Source: Octopus vulgaris (lineage: Eukaryota). Taken from it: DNA of 64,000 nt. The notes under the pieces were generated by a model that worked only from the letters and a program-made list of their open reading frames with translations, was not told where the DNA came from and ran no database searches. The position numbers were made by a program, and so were the translations under genes. Positions 14,040 through 27,292 of the stretch are shown here, one piece after another; positions within the stretch are counted from its first letter, which is position 1, and each line of letters begins with the position of its first letter. Location of the stretch: NCBI GenBank assembly GCA_951406725.2, contig OX597816.1:28334001-28398000 (forward strand). The letters are read 5' to 3'.

Positions 14040-14226
14040 AAGCCAAATGCTTAGCGGTATTTGGTACACCTTTCATTTCTGAGTTTACATTTTGGCGGTG
14101 TGGAGTTTGCCTTTCATCCTTTACGAAGTTCGATAAAATAAATTCCATTTGAACACTGGTGTCGATTAACCCTAACCGTAACCCCACCCACAAATCTGCT
14201 GGACTTGTGTCAAATTTTGAAATCCG
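14040..14226 (+). mobile_element. SINE family B, old diverged copy
   Basis: aaatgcttagcggtattt...tttctgagtt...tttgcctttcatcctt...cgataaaata matches the body of family B. Confidence 0.75.
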
Positions 14227-14472
14227 TATTTTTACTTTGTGCGTATCTCACCTTGCTGTTGTTGTTGCTAATATGTTTTTGTTGTTGTCGTTCTCGACAA
14301 TCTTATGCTGAACGATATCCCCCCCCCCAGTGACAATGTCACATTCTCTCTCAGCTTCTCTCCATTATAAAATATACCCCTGAAGTAAGATGGCAGTGCA
14401 TAATTAGCAGCTAGCTTTTCACATTTTGTCAAGTATATTTTTGTTCATAATCGTATTTTCTCGCATGCAAAT

Positions 14473-14591
14473 TTTTATGTTCTCGTTTCTCATTTTGTTA
14501 ACGATTTTCCGACTCATGTACCCATATATGCATGTATATATACATATATATGTAGCCATGTACATGTATGTGTGTATATATGCATATATAC

Positions 14592-14653
<62 letters not shown>

Positions 14654-15270
14654 GATCGAATGCCACGCATCCATTTCTAAGTAGGATTTATCTTAATTCC
14701 GATGCGCACTCTACTCTCTTGTTCTCCCTCTACCTCTCTTGTTCTTCTTCCTTTCTGTTTTTCTCTCACACCATTTCTCTAATTATTCCCCTCTCTCTTT
14801 CACCGTTCCCTCTCTCTCTGTCACTCTTCCTCTTTGTCTCTCTCGTTGCTCACACGTGACCAACGGCTATCTATATTTCTTTCTTCCACTTTCTTCCTAA
14901 AGAAAAGACGCGCTTCTCAAAACTGTCTCTGTTTACTGTCCTGTTTCTGTTATCACTTTAACCCTCCGCAAAAAATTCTAAATTTTATTTAATTTGGTTT
15001 GCGGGAAGGATTGCTTTAACGAAGTCGCGTCTTGTCCCTACCTTCGAAAAACGGAATAGATAAAACAAGGGACAACAGATGACGGGAAGGTTCTTCATGT
15101 TGCATGTCTCGTTTCCCTATTTGTTTCTTTCTTTGTCCGAAAAAAATTCGTTTTCCATGCTCTCGTTTCCCATTTTGTTCATGTTTTTTCTGACATCTGT
15201 ACCTATATATGCATGTATATATACATATATATGTAGGCAAGTACATGTATGTGTGTATATATGCATATAC
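14473..15270. repeat. About 120-bp direct repeats (14473-14591 and 15152-15270) flanking a pyrimidine-rich, hairpin-rich interior
   Basis: Shared tctcgtttc.cattttgtt...gtacc.atatatgcatgtatatatacatatatatgtag.ca.gtacatgtatgtgtgtatatatgcatata. Confidence 0.7.
14592..14650. repeat. (ATT)n microsatellite
   Basis: About 19 perfect units. Confidence 0.99.
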
Positions 15271-15351
15271 ATATATTACTTATATCATTATACATATGTA
15301 CACACACACACACACACACATACACACACACACACACACGCACACACACAC

Positions 15352-15403
<52 letters not shown>

Positions 15404-15523
15404 TCTGTATGAGCAATTCAGGCAGTATTTAATTGAAATACCTATGTAGCATACTGCATACTTAATATATTCTCACTGTCGGCAGGCTTATTCATAGTGT
15501 ATATATACAGAAAATGAACTATG

Positions 15524-15565
<42 letters not shown>

Positions 15566-16573
15566 GTGTGTGTGTGCTCGTGTGAGTGCGCGTGTATGTG
15601 TAGGTGCGTGTTTATTTATAAATACATTTATGCATGTCTATATTATTCTCTCGACCATATGTCTAATCTAGCGATCTACTTTTTTTTCACATTCTTTTAC
15701 CAATGCACATGTTGTGTGACATGAATGGAGACTATTGTGAAAGGAAGATAATAATAAGGTATTAGCGAACCTATGTTATATATACAGAACTTATCTTTCC
15801 AACTTAGCCACCAATCTTTAGTGATAAAAGTCAGGAAAATTATGGGAAACAGAATATTACTACTATCAGCATCATCATACCATCATCCCCACCACTAGCA
15901 TCCACACCTCCACCACCACCACCACCACCACCGTCATTTTTACCTCCCAGCCCCATGAACACCACCAACAGCACCGTCAATCAAACAAAAAATATAGTAT
16001 AGAAATGTTTTAAATGGTGTGTGCTGTTATGAATTCATAAGTATATCTCTATAACTGCATTCTGTATATACAGTTATCTATTCTAGTTAATGTTTAAATT
16101 GGTAGCAACACTCGAAAGGAGATATGGAAAGACAATTATTTACCATTGTTTACACAATTCTTTAGCAATATTTTTGCCGTAGAGTTTTTTTACACATTCT
16201 TCAATAAACCAATTTGTTGGTATTTCATAAGTATAATATTCCATCACTAACATCTTCGTTTATAACAACAATCAAGTGAGAAAAAAAGAAACAAATATAT
16301 TAGCAACAAAAATTCCAAGGGGATTTGGCGACAACTCGTGTATATATGAATATCAAAAAAATTATATGTTTACAAGAATTAAATGGATGATGCCTGTGTT
16401 TTATTCAAGAATTATTTGTACAACCATATACCTAAAACAGTTAATGATATTGGAGTTTACACAAACGTACATATGAACATATATACATACATATATACAT
16501 ACATGTACACACATATACATGTATATATTTATATATATATATACATGTATATATATGGATATATGTATATATG

Positions 16574-16620
<47 letters not shown>

Positions 16621-17949
16621 ATGTATAGATATATGTATATATATCTTTGTGTTTGTGTATGAATACATCTGTTATATATATTGAAATATATTGCGTTTAA
16701 CAATATAGACATTTCATGAAATGTTTTTAAAAGTAACTTTACGATAAATATTTTGAATGATAAGAAATAGTCAGAATGTAGAAAAATAAAGAAATATATG
16801 TGGTACAGTGTCTATGTAAGGCACGTAACATCAAGAGATCGTATATAAGGGGTTACATCTATTATTTTGGCATAGGAATGGAATAGAGATGGAATACAAA
16901 AGAAACATATTCTGTAAATTTGGACAGATAAGACATCTGGAAAGAAATATTTATAATAAAAAAGTGAAACATAATAAGTGTAGAAAAGAGAGAAAAGTAC
17001 AGGAAAATACAAGAAATGAATTACGCTGAGAAGAAGATAGGAAGATGTATATAAAATAGGATTAGGCTATCAGTTCTTCCGATGTTGGTCACTGCATTAG
17101 CGTATCCGTTTTCATAAGAGAGACCTATTTATTCCACATTTGAAAACAAGCACTTTAATGATGGAAGTTATTTCATATACGACGTTAAAATATTCTACAA
17201 ATACTCGCACATATGAGCCTGTGTATTCTGAATTTATTTGTGATTTGAAGATCACTAGGTGGGTGTGATTTGTAGATCATCAAGATAGATATGTTCCTCA
17301 TTTTTGAACGTTGAATAATATATGCTGTTCACTCACGTTCTGGCTTATATTCTTTGCACCGTCACCTAGGGAACACCTATTTTCAAGTATGGTAATTTAC
17401 AGATGTATTCGTGTAGGTATAGATATACATGCACATGTGTGTATGGAAATATATACATACATACTTACATACATCAATATACATCTATATATATATATAT
17501 ATATATATAGGCCGCTCACTTCCATCAACTCACTCACGAACAGACATATTAAGTCATGAATGTGTATTAGTCATCTTTGCGAATCATTCTCTAGATCTTA
17601 CCATGTAAAAGTAATATCCTCTTATCGATTCTTCAGTATTATAGGCCCTGGACAAATCAATGCTCTCATTCCTATAGTATATATTTATTGATAGCAAGTC
17701 ACAGCATACAAAGAATAAAATAGGGCCGCTAGACTTCTGAGGAACTCGGCTTCTAGAGCACCCATCTTTAAAACGGGCTTTTTACGCCCATCTTTAAGAG
17801 CGCCCATGTTTAATACTTTAAGACGGCACTGGTTACAAATATTAATATTAAGACAATGAGTGTTGAAAGGATTTAAATATAATTGATGTGTCCTAAATAA
17901 AATTGATATATGTTCTGCAGTTATAGCAGCCACTTTCATTAAATGTTGG

Positions 17950-18255
17950 TGTTGAGTCTGTAGCTGGCAGTTTGCGCTGGTTAATAGTATTTTTTAGTGA
18001 ATTAGGTTGTCATTTGCATTTGATTATATTGTATAAGTCATGTGCATTTTTCATTCTTACGTCTAAATTAAGTAACAGTATGTTCTGATGGATAATACTT
18101 AATATTGCTGTGTTTCTTGGAAAGGGTGTGTATGCTGTAATTAAAGTTAGAATTTCGGATATATCTGAAGTATTTTTTTGGCTTTTCATAATATGTCAGT
18201 GTCTATTCCTTTGGTGCTATTTATTCCATTCTCTATTAGAGAAGACATACTTTCT
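17950..18255 (-). mobile_element. Decayed Penelope-like element ORF fragment (RT to GIY-YIG linker)
   Basis: Minus-strand translations LIENGINSTKGIDTDIL*KAKK and PRNTAILSIIHQNILLLNLDVRMKNAHDLYNIIKCK*QPNSLK resemble the PLE linker xxKRQPxSLKxxLTxA. Recognised from memory of the family. Confidence 0.55.
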
Positions 18256-19659
18256 TTTATGCTGTGTGTGTATGCATGTGTGTACGTATATGGTATATGA
18301 ATGCTTGGGCCTCAGTTGAATACATTATTTTGTTTGTATTCAGTCATGCAGTGTATGGTGCGTGTTTGTGGGCATGTACATGTATTTATGTGAGAAACAT
18401 CAAGTTCGAATATATAAAATATTGGAAATTGATACTTCATTGATCATTGCTAGACCAATTCGTAGGTCTTCTGTGGAGCATGAATTATAAAAATTGATAT
18501 CAACAAATTGTTTATTTTAATTATTTCAATACCATAGTGTACACTAGTGATATAGCTTGGATTAAATTCGAAATAGCTTTGGTTGATGTTATATTTTTCC
18601 ACAATTCTCTCAATCAAACGGACTTAGATGCATATATTAGGAAGGCTAGTTGTGTGAGAAATATAAGAAAGTAAATAGATTTGCTTTACGATGTACAGAA
18701 TAAGAGAATAATGGAATTTCCTAACGTGGTGCATGAAGGTATTGTTGAGCGCACTTCAGCAAAAGCGTATACGTTTTCAGTCATTAACCAATATCATACT
18801 CTATCCAACTGCTATACATAGCATAATTTTCACTAAAATTATTATAGTCATTTCCATTCACAAGATAAATGTGTACATCTGCTGTATTATTTTTCTATTT
18901 TAAATCCTGCAGTACTCCAGACTGTCTATATGTATGTGTATGTGTGTGTGTCGGGGGATATCCATGTGCGTTCGAGCGTGTGTGTTTTTTGCGTGTAGGT
19001 ATGTCTGTGTGGATTCATGCATATAATATAGTTTAACAGAACTATACAAAAACTATTTGATTGGTTTATATTTCGAGATGTGTTCTATTACTGAAAAGAG
19101 AGAAATAGATAAAGACAGATTGAGGGAGAAGAGAGAGAGAGAGAGTGATAGAGAGACTTAGAGGGAGGGAGAAGAAGAAATGAGAAAGCATAAATGACAT
19201 TTATGAAAAGAATTTGAGACCTCACGTTACAATCCTCCATACGGTATATGTGGATATATATATATAGACGGAGAAAAAAGAGAGAGAGAGAAGGAAAGAG
19301 AAGAGAAAGATGTTATGCAAGTCATAAATGAAAGAATTAGAAGATGTTTTGCTGTAATTGAGTATCTGCTTCAATAAATTTCGCCCAATTATTTCACTGA
19401 TATTCAACAAATACGAGGCAAAATGGTTGCTAAGATATCAAAAATTTAGATAGCCTTTGCATTACACTTCAATGCTTTGATAATATCATGTTGCTTTGAT
19501 GTCCAGTTTGAAGATTTTTATATATTGTCGTATTCAATGTCTTTAGGTAAAATATTGACACTCAATGCACAGAACCATACACGCATATTCATATATATAT
19601 ATAATTGCATTTATTCGTGTATATATAAAGATATTTGCATACATATATATTTATGTATA

Positions 19660-19692
<33 letters not shown>

Positions 19693-19752
19693 ATATATAT
19701 ATATATATATAATAAATATAAATATATATATATATATATGTATACATAAATA

Positions 19753-19797
<45 letters not shown>

Positions 19798-19897
19798 GTT
19801 TGCTACTATGTATTATCTATTTTTTATAACTATCTAACTATCTATTTCTCTCTCTCTCTCCTCTCCTCGTCTCTCTTCTCTCTCTCTCTCTCACACA

Positions 19898-19959
<62 letters not shown>

Positions 19960-20100
19960 GGGTTCATGGTTATTACATCATATATTCAGTTCTTAAACCG
20001 TGAGCACGTTATGTTCTTGTGCAATTTGCTTCATTTAACTTTGCTGCAGTCTATTCAACCAAAGTCTATCAAATCTAATCAGTTAAAGATGAGTACCAGC

Positions 20101-20418
20101 CTTGTGAGTACGAATCTTGTGATAATCGATCTTGAGCTTATCGATCTTGTGAGTATCAATCTTGTGAATATCAATCTTGTGAATATCAATCTTGTGAGTA
20201 TCAATCTTGTGAATATCACTCTTGTGAATATCAATCTTGTGAGTATCAGTCTTGTGAGTATCAATCTTGTGAATATCAATCTTGTGACTATCAATCTTGT
20301 GAATATCAATCTTGTGAGTATCAATCTTGTGAGTATCAATCTTGTGAGTATCAATCTTGTGAGTATCAATCTTGTGAGTATCAATCTTGTGAGTATCAAT
20401 CTTGCGCGTGTCAATCTT
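20101..20418. repeat. 15-bp minisatellite (CTTGTGAGTATCAAT)n, about 21 units
   Basis: Exact 15-bp period with variants gaat/gagt/gact and more diverged units at both edges. Confidence 0.97.
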
Positions 20419-20595
20419 CCCCAATTCTGCAGCGGCAGCCTCGGTGTTACTCTGCATGAACACTGCGAGGAACCATAGTGCGTCTGCTCGAGTCTATTTA
20501 CGCACCTAAAAGAAATAAGGAATTCTAAAAAAATTCTACTTATTTCCTACTATTCCTCTGACGATTGTTTGTGTTTACTCGATTTTTATAAGGAA

Positions 20596-20990
20596 CTAGC
20601 AGTATCACCCGGCGTTGCTCGGGTTTGTAAGGGAAATAACTATATAAGCATTTTTAGAGAGTTATAGCAAAAAATAGCAAAAAATGCATTAAAAATGGAA
20701 GAAAAATTATGGTAATTTTTTTTTAAAATCATTGACTCATCGTAGACATTTTTAGAGAGTTACTTCCCTTATATAATAGCGAAAAAGTGCATTAAAATGG
20801 AAAAAATGATGGTAAATTATTTTCAAAATCGTAGACTCATCGTAGACGCGCGCTAATACCCAGAAGGGCTCGATATGAATCACGACTATATGATACCCGG
20901 TTTTGGTTAAACTGCACCGCCAAATGTGGGAGTAGTTAGGAATCTAAATCATAGGAGACAGACACACAACTTCACTTTTATATATAAGGA
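20596..20990 (-). mobile_element. Non-autonomous Helitron family H2 with an internal about 100-bp tandem duplication
   Basis: Minus strand starts TCCTTATATATAAAAGTGAAG and ends in the hairpin CCCGAGCAACGCCGGG followed by TGATACTGCTAG|T. 20649-20747 is repeated at 20748-20847. Confidence 0.85.
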
Positions 20991-21545
20991 ATATTCCAGT
21001 TCTTCCAAAAATAAGATCTGTTGTAAATTACATTATACTCTATATGGATGAATATTCCACCACCGAATATGGCCTGTATGTCATCATGTTTCACAAATAA
21101 GTGTAGACTTTATATAATTTTCATAACTAAAATTACCTTATATTTCTGATCTACTGTGGGATTTCGGAGAACGAAGCTCAAAATAACGTTTAGCAAAGTT
21201 ATACGCTTCGCATAAGTAGCATTTCCGTTTGTTTCCCCGAATCCCCATCTTTCTGTTATTAGAAGAAACCCTCCACCAGATAGATGTAGACTTATATGAG
21301 GGAACAAACGAAACTCAATGGCACTCAATACATTTGTCTACATACATATGTATGTATGTATGCATGCATGTATTTATTTATTTATGTATGTATGTATATA
21401 GATATGTATATATATGTACATATTAATGTTCTCATTTTGTTAAATGAATAAATAATCCAACATTATAATATCCGAAAGTTGATGAACAAACTAAACTTAT
21501 TTGTATTATATATATACATACATATATATGTATATATATACACAC

Positions 21546-21600
<55 letters not shown>

Positions 21601-21631
21601 AATATCTTTGATTGAGTTGACAAACTGTTAT

Positions 21632-21700
<69 letters not shown>

Positions 21701-21707
21701 TAGATAT

Positions 21708-21786
<79 letters not shown>

Positions 21787-24700
21787 GGTAGAAAGATATA
21801 CTTGTCACTTGAAGATAAAAATAAGACTATAATAATTTTTGATTTGAAACTGCCTCCTAATTAAGTTTTATTTGTATATCATTTAAAAATATTCCCTTTG
21901 TTTTCAATTTGCGTCTACACTTCTGCATTTATACACGTGCATGTGAACCATACTATATCACAAACAGTCACATACACACACACACACACTTTGAAACTAG
22001 TATTAACTCCCTATCAATGAAATTACATTTTGACTACAGCTCCCTCATTATTTTATGTTCATTGTTTATCTCTTCGTTTAGTTGAAATATGAAAATAGAT
22101 ATTAAAGAGTTTCGGTGCATTATTTCTTACCATGCTCTAAAGTACCGAAAATATAATGAAATCTTCAACATAAGTTGTATTAAAGCGAGCTAACCCATGT
22201 TTATACTTTGAAAGTTTCGTCAACATTCACAATGATGAATAGGGTAAATAATTTACATCCGCCTCTTCCATTATCGGAAAACCTATATTACACCTGTGAT
22301 AAAATTGCTAACTGCATTGTCGAGATATATATGTCGAGATATATATGTCGAGATATACATGCATTGTCAGAAACACTTTGAGATGGAGCCTGTCTTGGAG
22401 AAGAGTACTATAGTGGTCCCCACGTTTTTGTCATGGCTCAGTGCTCAGAAACTGGGTGATTTTTTTCGTAGTATTTGATGGCATTTCGTTTTATCAGTTC
22501 CGGTATGAAGGAAAACGAAACTACTCGCGGCACAATTTGAAATATAAACGTGAAGATCGAATTCAAATACCGCAAAATATTCGTCATCGAATAACTTTTC
22601 TACCCACGGCCGGTTCTCATAGAAACAATGTATGGGGATATGATGATCACACACATGATGACAGTAGATAGTTTTAGTACAATGTCAGAAATAAGTTGTA
22701 ACATAGGATGAGGTGTTTTGGGTATATCCGCGGCTACATATTTCTCACAGTAAACAAAATATACTAACATTTCTTCCTGTTTATTACCCATTTTACCTTT
22801 TTAATGTTTCAACATAAAATCTGCCACTAATATTTTAGTAGACTAACCAATAATGCACTATTTCTAACGTTTCATACATCAAACAACTTGATTTAGTGTT
22901 AGTAATTTTATAGCTGAATATTCGGATCATTTATACTACATCGAAAAAAATATTCCAGTCATATCTTAATATCTTTTTATGATATGTAATATTGATGTCG
23001 TACGTTTATAGTTTTATGGCAATATCTTCCTTTTTGCAAATAATTTTATATTTTATTCATGAAATTTTTACCTTAGAAACTATCTAATTATGAAAAAAAA
23101 ACATGCTGATATGGTGTTCATACTTTTCTAAGTGGATTAACAACATATGTAGAATAAAACATAAATATACATTCTAATTGCTACCTCGGGAAATGTGTGT
23201 ATTTAGTAAGCAAAAATTCTCATTCGAAAAATTTCCCTTTGTAATATTGATGATATTGATAATTATTAATATCAATTATTATAATAACCGTCACCAGAAG
23301 CCCTCTAAATTAAATTCTTTTATTTATAATATCAAAGATATCCGTCATGCATCTACACTCTGATCACTTACATATTTCGGAGAGATGAAGGCTTTAAACA
23401 TTCCTAAACCTGTTCACCATTTATAGTGCACAATCCATTACAATCCTCGCCTCGGGTGGCCATAAAGACATAACAACAAATAACTCCGCCTTCGTTTTAT
23501 GATATTTCCTGCTCATCAGTCAACCTCATGTTTTCCATTATTTTGCTTTTGTCTATTTTTTTTCATGCTGCTTCTCCACCTCATTCGTGACCATCCTACA
23601 CCTATTTTAATGGTTGTTTATCTATGCATGACAATTTTCACTCCAGTTAGCGTGATATGGTGTCATGATACATTAAAAAAGAAACACTTAGTTTTCCGCC
23701 TTTTAAGCAATTGTGGGAAGCATTTCCTGCTTCACAATCTGCTCTACTATTAATCAGTATGGGAGATTGTCAATGTGACTGCTTTTGTTATGTGTTCCTA
23801 TTATATTAACCTGATTTTCCTCCAATATAATAATTTCGCTTGACCATAATCTAAGAACAAGCCACCTAATAATATTTTCATTCATATTCATAGGAACACA
23901 ATGCAGAGTGCAACAATATAGTTTAACGTAATACACAGCTTAACAATATAACATGATGCAGTATAGAAGGCTAGAATATAGGGCGGTGGAAAGCAAAGTG
24001 TCAAACTGCCGAGTAACACGGTACACTTTTCCACTACATAGGTAGCATATATAGTTTCAAGTCATATAGTGCACAATAAACAATGGGCATGCGATAACGT
24101 AATGTAGTACAGTTTCACAGTATAATCATAATATTCGATGTCGTCTCATACTCGCATGATATACACAGAACCACGGTATTTTGTCACGGTATATTCCATG
24201 ACTAAAGTCTGTGAAAAAATCAGCTTCATTACTGGCGTCTTTAAAGTCACCTTTACGAAGTTCATTGTCACTAAAGACAATGTCCCATTATGCAGTGACA
24301 TCAAAGACAGTTTTAAATGATAAAGCTTACTTGTATTAGGGAAAAATATCTTCATGATATTCAGTCGATAATAGAAACTTGACTCTCATGGATCTATCGC
24401 GGAACTGATATCATATTAGATCGTCATTGGTACTTTGAAAATGACACTATATTGGGCATGTCCATTTTCAATGTAGGGAACACAAAATACAGTTAAGTAA
24501 AGTCCAAGTGAGTCGGTTATGGCAACACTGCACAGTATTTTTATGAGTAATATCCACATATATATACGACTCATTTCTGCACTCTTTTAGTTTTGCCCAA
24601 TTACAAAGTTTTGCCCAACAGAATATTATGGAGCAAAAATCACACAATACGTTGCGCACTCTTATCAGAGTTTGTTGTGAAACAAATATCCTAAACAAAC

Positions 24701-24939
24701 AACCATATACTTCGATGCATTTAATTTGCTGTATTGACGACGCTATTTCTCACCTCCACGTTTCCACTACTTTATACCTTTGCAATGACCCATGTTCTTC
24801 TTGGCTAACAATAATTGCCAATGAATATTTCGTAGGATATGAAAATGAAAAGGCACCTTCTTTTGAGACAATGATAAGTATTAGCCTGTCGTTTGGGATT
24901 AGAGTTCAAAACGTCCGTTTATGATAATTACATTTTGGG

Positions 24940-25280
24940 GCTAGGAAGGAATTACAACCGTGTTTCGTGGTCTGCTACCACAACAGCTCCTTTATAGGAT
25001 CCAGTTAGCTCAAGACATTATCAGGAGGAACCACATCCGGTTTAGGCCCCTACTCCTCTACCGTTTTGACGCCCCCCCCCCTTTCGGAGGTGTCTTCAGC
25101 TCTGGTGTTGGTTGCGTGTCTTCTTTCTTCTTCTTTTTTCTGTTCCTTGGCCTCTTCGATGTATCGTCAGCGAGTGTCAGCCGGTGACTGACTGTCTTCG
25201 CAAAATTTTCCCTTTAAATACCTGCCGCATAGTCTCCAGCAGGCAGCCCCAGCAAATTGTCACGTGACACTGTCTCACCT
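24940..25280 (-). mobile_element. GC-rich structured repeat with two hammerhead-like cores (Penelope-LTR or retrozyme-like)
   Basis: On the minus strand: TATTTAAA box, then CTGAAGA-CACCTCC-GAAA-GGGG..-AAAACGGTA, then GAGGAG/TTCCTC stem, CTGATAA, a long hairpin and GAAAC. Confidence 0.5.
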
Positions 25281-25551
25281 TAACTGACTTGTGAAGGCGC
25301 GTCAATTTATTAAATTTAGTCTGTTACTAATACATTTTAATAAAATCCGTATTGTACATCTTAGTCAACCAATTATTCGCCGTTTCATTTTGTAGTGTTT
25401 CTCAACGTCTCATATGCGTCGCTTTAAAATATTGAGACTGGTACGTGGTTTTGGTAAAATTAATTCATATCCTGTTGGCAACTCACCAGACATTATAATA
25501 AAATAATACAGACACTTAGCTTCAACATATAGATATCTTTTATACTTTTCG

Positions 25552-25752
25552 GCCATTAGACTGTGGTCATGCTAGGGCATTTACAGACGAATGAATCGAC
25601 CTCATCACTTATTTGTTTAAGCCCGGTACATATTCTATCGGCCGCTTTTTACAGAACCACTACGCTACTGGGATTCTTTCAGTTTCTGCCAAGAAAATCC
25701 ACTCACAAGTTCTGGGGCTGCCTGAAACCAAAGAGGGAAGTTGCCCAAGGTA
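25552..25752 (-). mobile_element. SINE family A, diverged and deleted
   Basis: gactgtggtcatgct...tattctatcgg...ttctttcagtttctg...aaatccactcacaag...ttgcccaaggt. Confidence 0.75.
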
Positions 25753-25755
25753 GTA

Positions 25756-25895
25756 GGCCCGCCAAAATGCTTAGTGGCACTTAACTTATTTCGTTTTTAC
25801 GCTATGACTTTGCCTTTCGGGTTCGATAAAATAAATTCCTGTTGAGCACCTGCTTCCTAGAAATTGTTGGCCTTGTGCCAAAATTTGAAACCAGT
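25756..25895 (+). mobile_element. SINE family B, diverged and deleted
   Basis: aaatgcttagtggca...gactttgcctttcgggttcgataaaata...ggccttgtgccaaaatttgaaacc; tail shared with 14040-14226. Confidence 0.65.
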
Positions 25896-26229
25896 ATATA
25901 TTACCGATTATATTCGTCCTTTTTCTGGGAATCAATTGTGTTGAAAATATCTCTAAGCATAAAATTGTGCAGAAAAAGTTATGGAAATATAAGTGAAGTA
26001 AAACATATATTTAGTTATATTCGGGTGTTGCAGAAAATAAATTCATAAACAAATCTATTTCATATAGTACTTCAATCGGATACCAAAACTGTCCGTTGTA
26101 TACTGCCTGTCTAGAAGTACTAAACTCCATTAGAGCTCACCAATCAGCAGTGTTGAACACAGTCGATTTCTTCCAGTGCGACAAGAGAGAGAGAGAGTGA
26201 ATTTATTTGCAGTACATGACTTATACTTA

Positions 26230-26825
26230 ATTTTGTTTCGTTAATGCCCACAAGGAGCTAAACATAGAGGGGACAAGCAAGGACAGACAAACGGATTAAG
26301 TCGATTATATCGACCCGAGTGCGTAACTGTTACTTATTTAATCGACACCGAAAGGATGAAAGGCAAAGTCAATCTCGGCGGAATTTGAACTCAGAACGTA
26401 GCGGCAGACGCAATGCCTATTCCTTTACTACCAACAAGGGGCTACACACAGAGGGGAAAATCAAGGACAGACAAACGGATTAAGTCGATTATATCGACCC
26501 CAGTTTGTAACTGGTACTTAATATCGACCCCGAAAGGATAAAAGGCAAAGTCCATCTCGGCGGAATTTGAACTCAGAACGGAACGGCAGCCGAAATACCT
26601 ATCTCTTTATTGCCCACAAGGGGCTAAACACAGAGAGAAGGACAGACTTAGGTATTAAGTCGATTATATCGCCCCCAGTGCGTAACTGGTACTTAATTTA
26701 TCGACCCCGAAAGGATAAAAGGCAAAGTCGACCTCGGCGGAATTTGAACTCACAACGTAACGACAGACGAAATACCGCTAAGCATTTCGCCCGGCATGCT
26801 AACGTGTCTGCCAGCTCGCCGCCTT
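26230..26825 (-). mobile_element. SINE family B head-to-tail trimer with a 14-bp TSD
   Basis: Three about 175-bp bodies but one tRNA-like head (GGCGGCGAGCTGGCAGA, 26807-26823). CATGACTTATACTT occurs at 26215-26228 and 26827-26840. Confidence 0.92.
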
Positions 26826-27081
26826 CCATGACTTATACTTTATTTAGCAACTCAGGAGGTTTGAAAGGCAACGTTTATTTCCGTGCGATTTTAACTGAGA
26901 GCAATTTCAGACTGAATGCCACGACTGCATTTAATATATACATATCTGTTTCTTTTTACTTGTTTCTGCCATTGGACTGCACCACATTGAAGGTTTTGTT
27001 TTTTCCTTTTGTGTATGATACTTATTCTAATAATTGCTTTTACGGAACGATTGATATGTAGTGACGTACACAATCAATGGT

Positions 27082-27292
27082 CTTTAAGCGGTGGTGAGGC
27101 TGGATATGCATAGAACGAAACACACACGCACACACATACACACACACATGCGCAGGACGTCTTCAGTTTTCTAGTACCAAATCAACTCAGAAGGCTTTGG
27201 ATTGTCTGGAGATCTAGTAAAAGTTAATTGCCCAAGGTGGAACTGAACCTGAAACTACATGGTTGGGTAGGAAGCTTCCCATGCCACAGCTA
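27082..27292 (-). mobile_element. SINE family A 5' half, diverged
   Basis: ttcagttttctagtaccaaatcaactcagaaggctttgg...ttgcccaaggtggaactgaacc...catggttggg...ccacagc. Confidence 0.75.

Noticed and set aside
20101-20418. CRISPR-like array
   Set aside because: Contiguous 15-bp units with no unique spacers, no cas genes, eukaryotic context.
24120-24460. Possible piggyBac-type end with acidic minus-strand peptide
   Set aside because: No matching second TIR or TTAA pair could be located.
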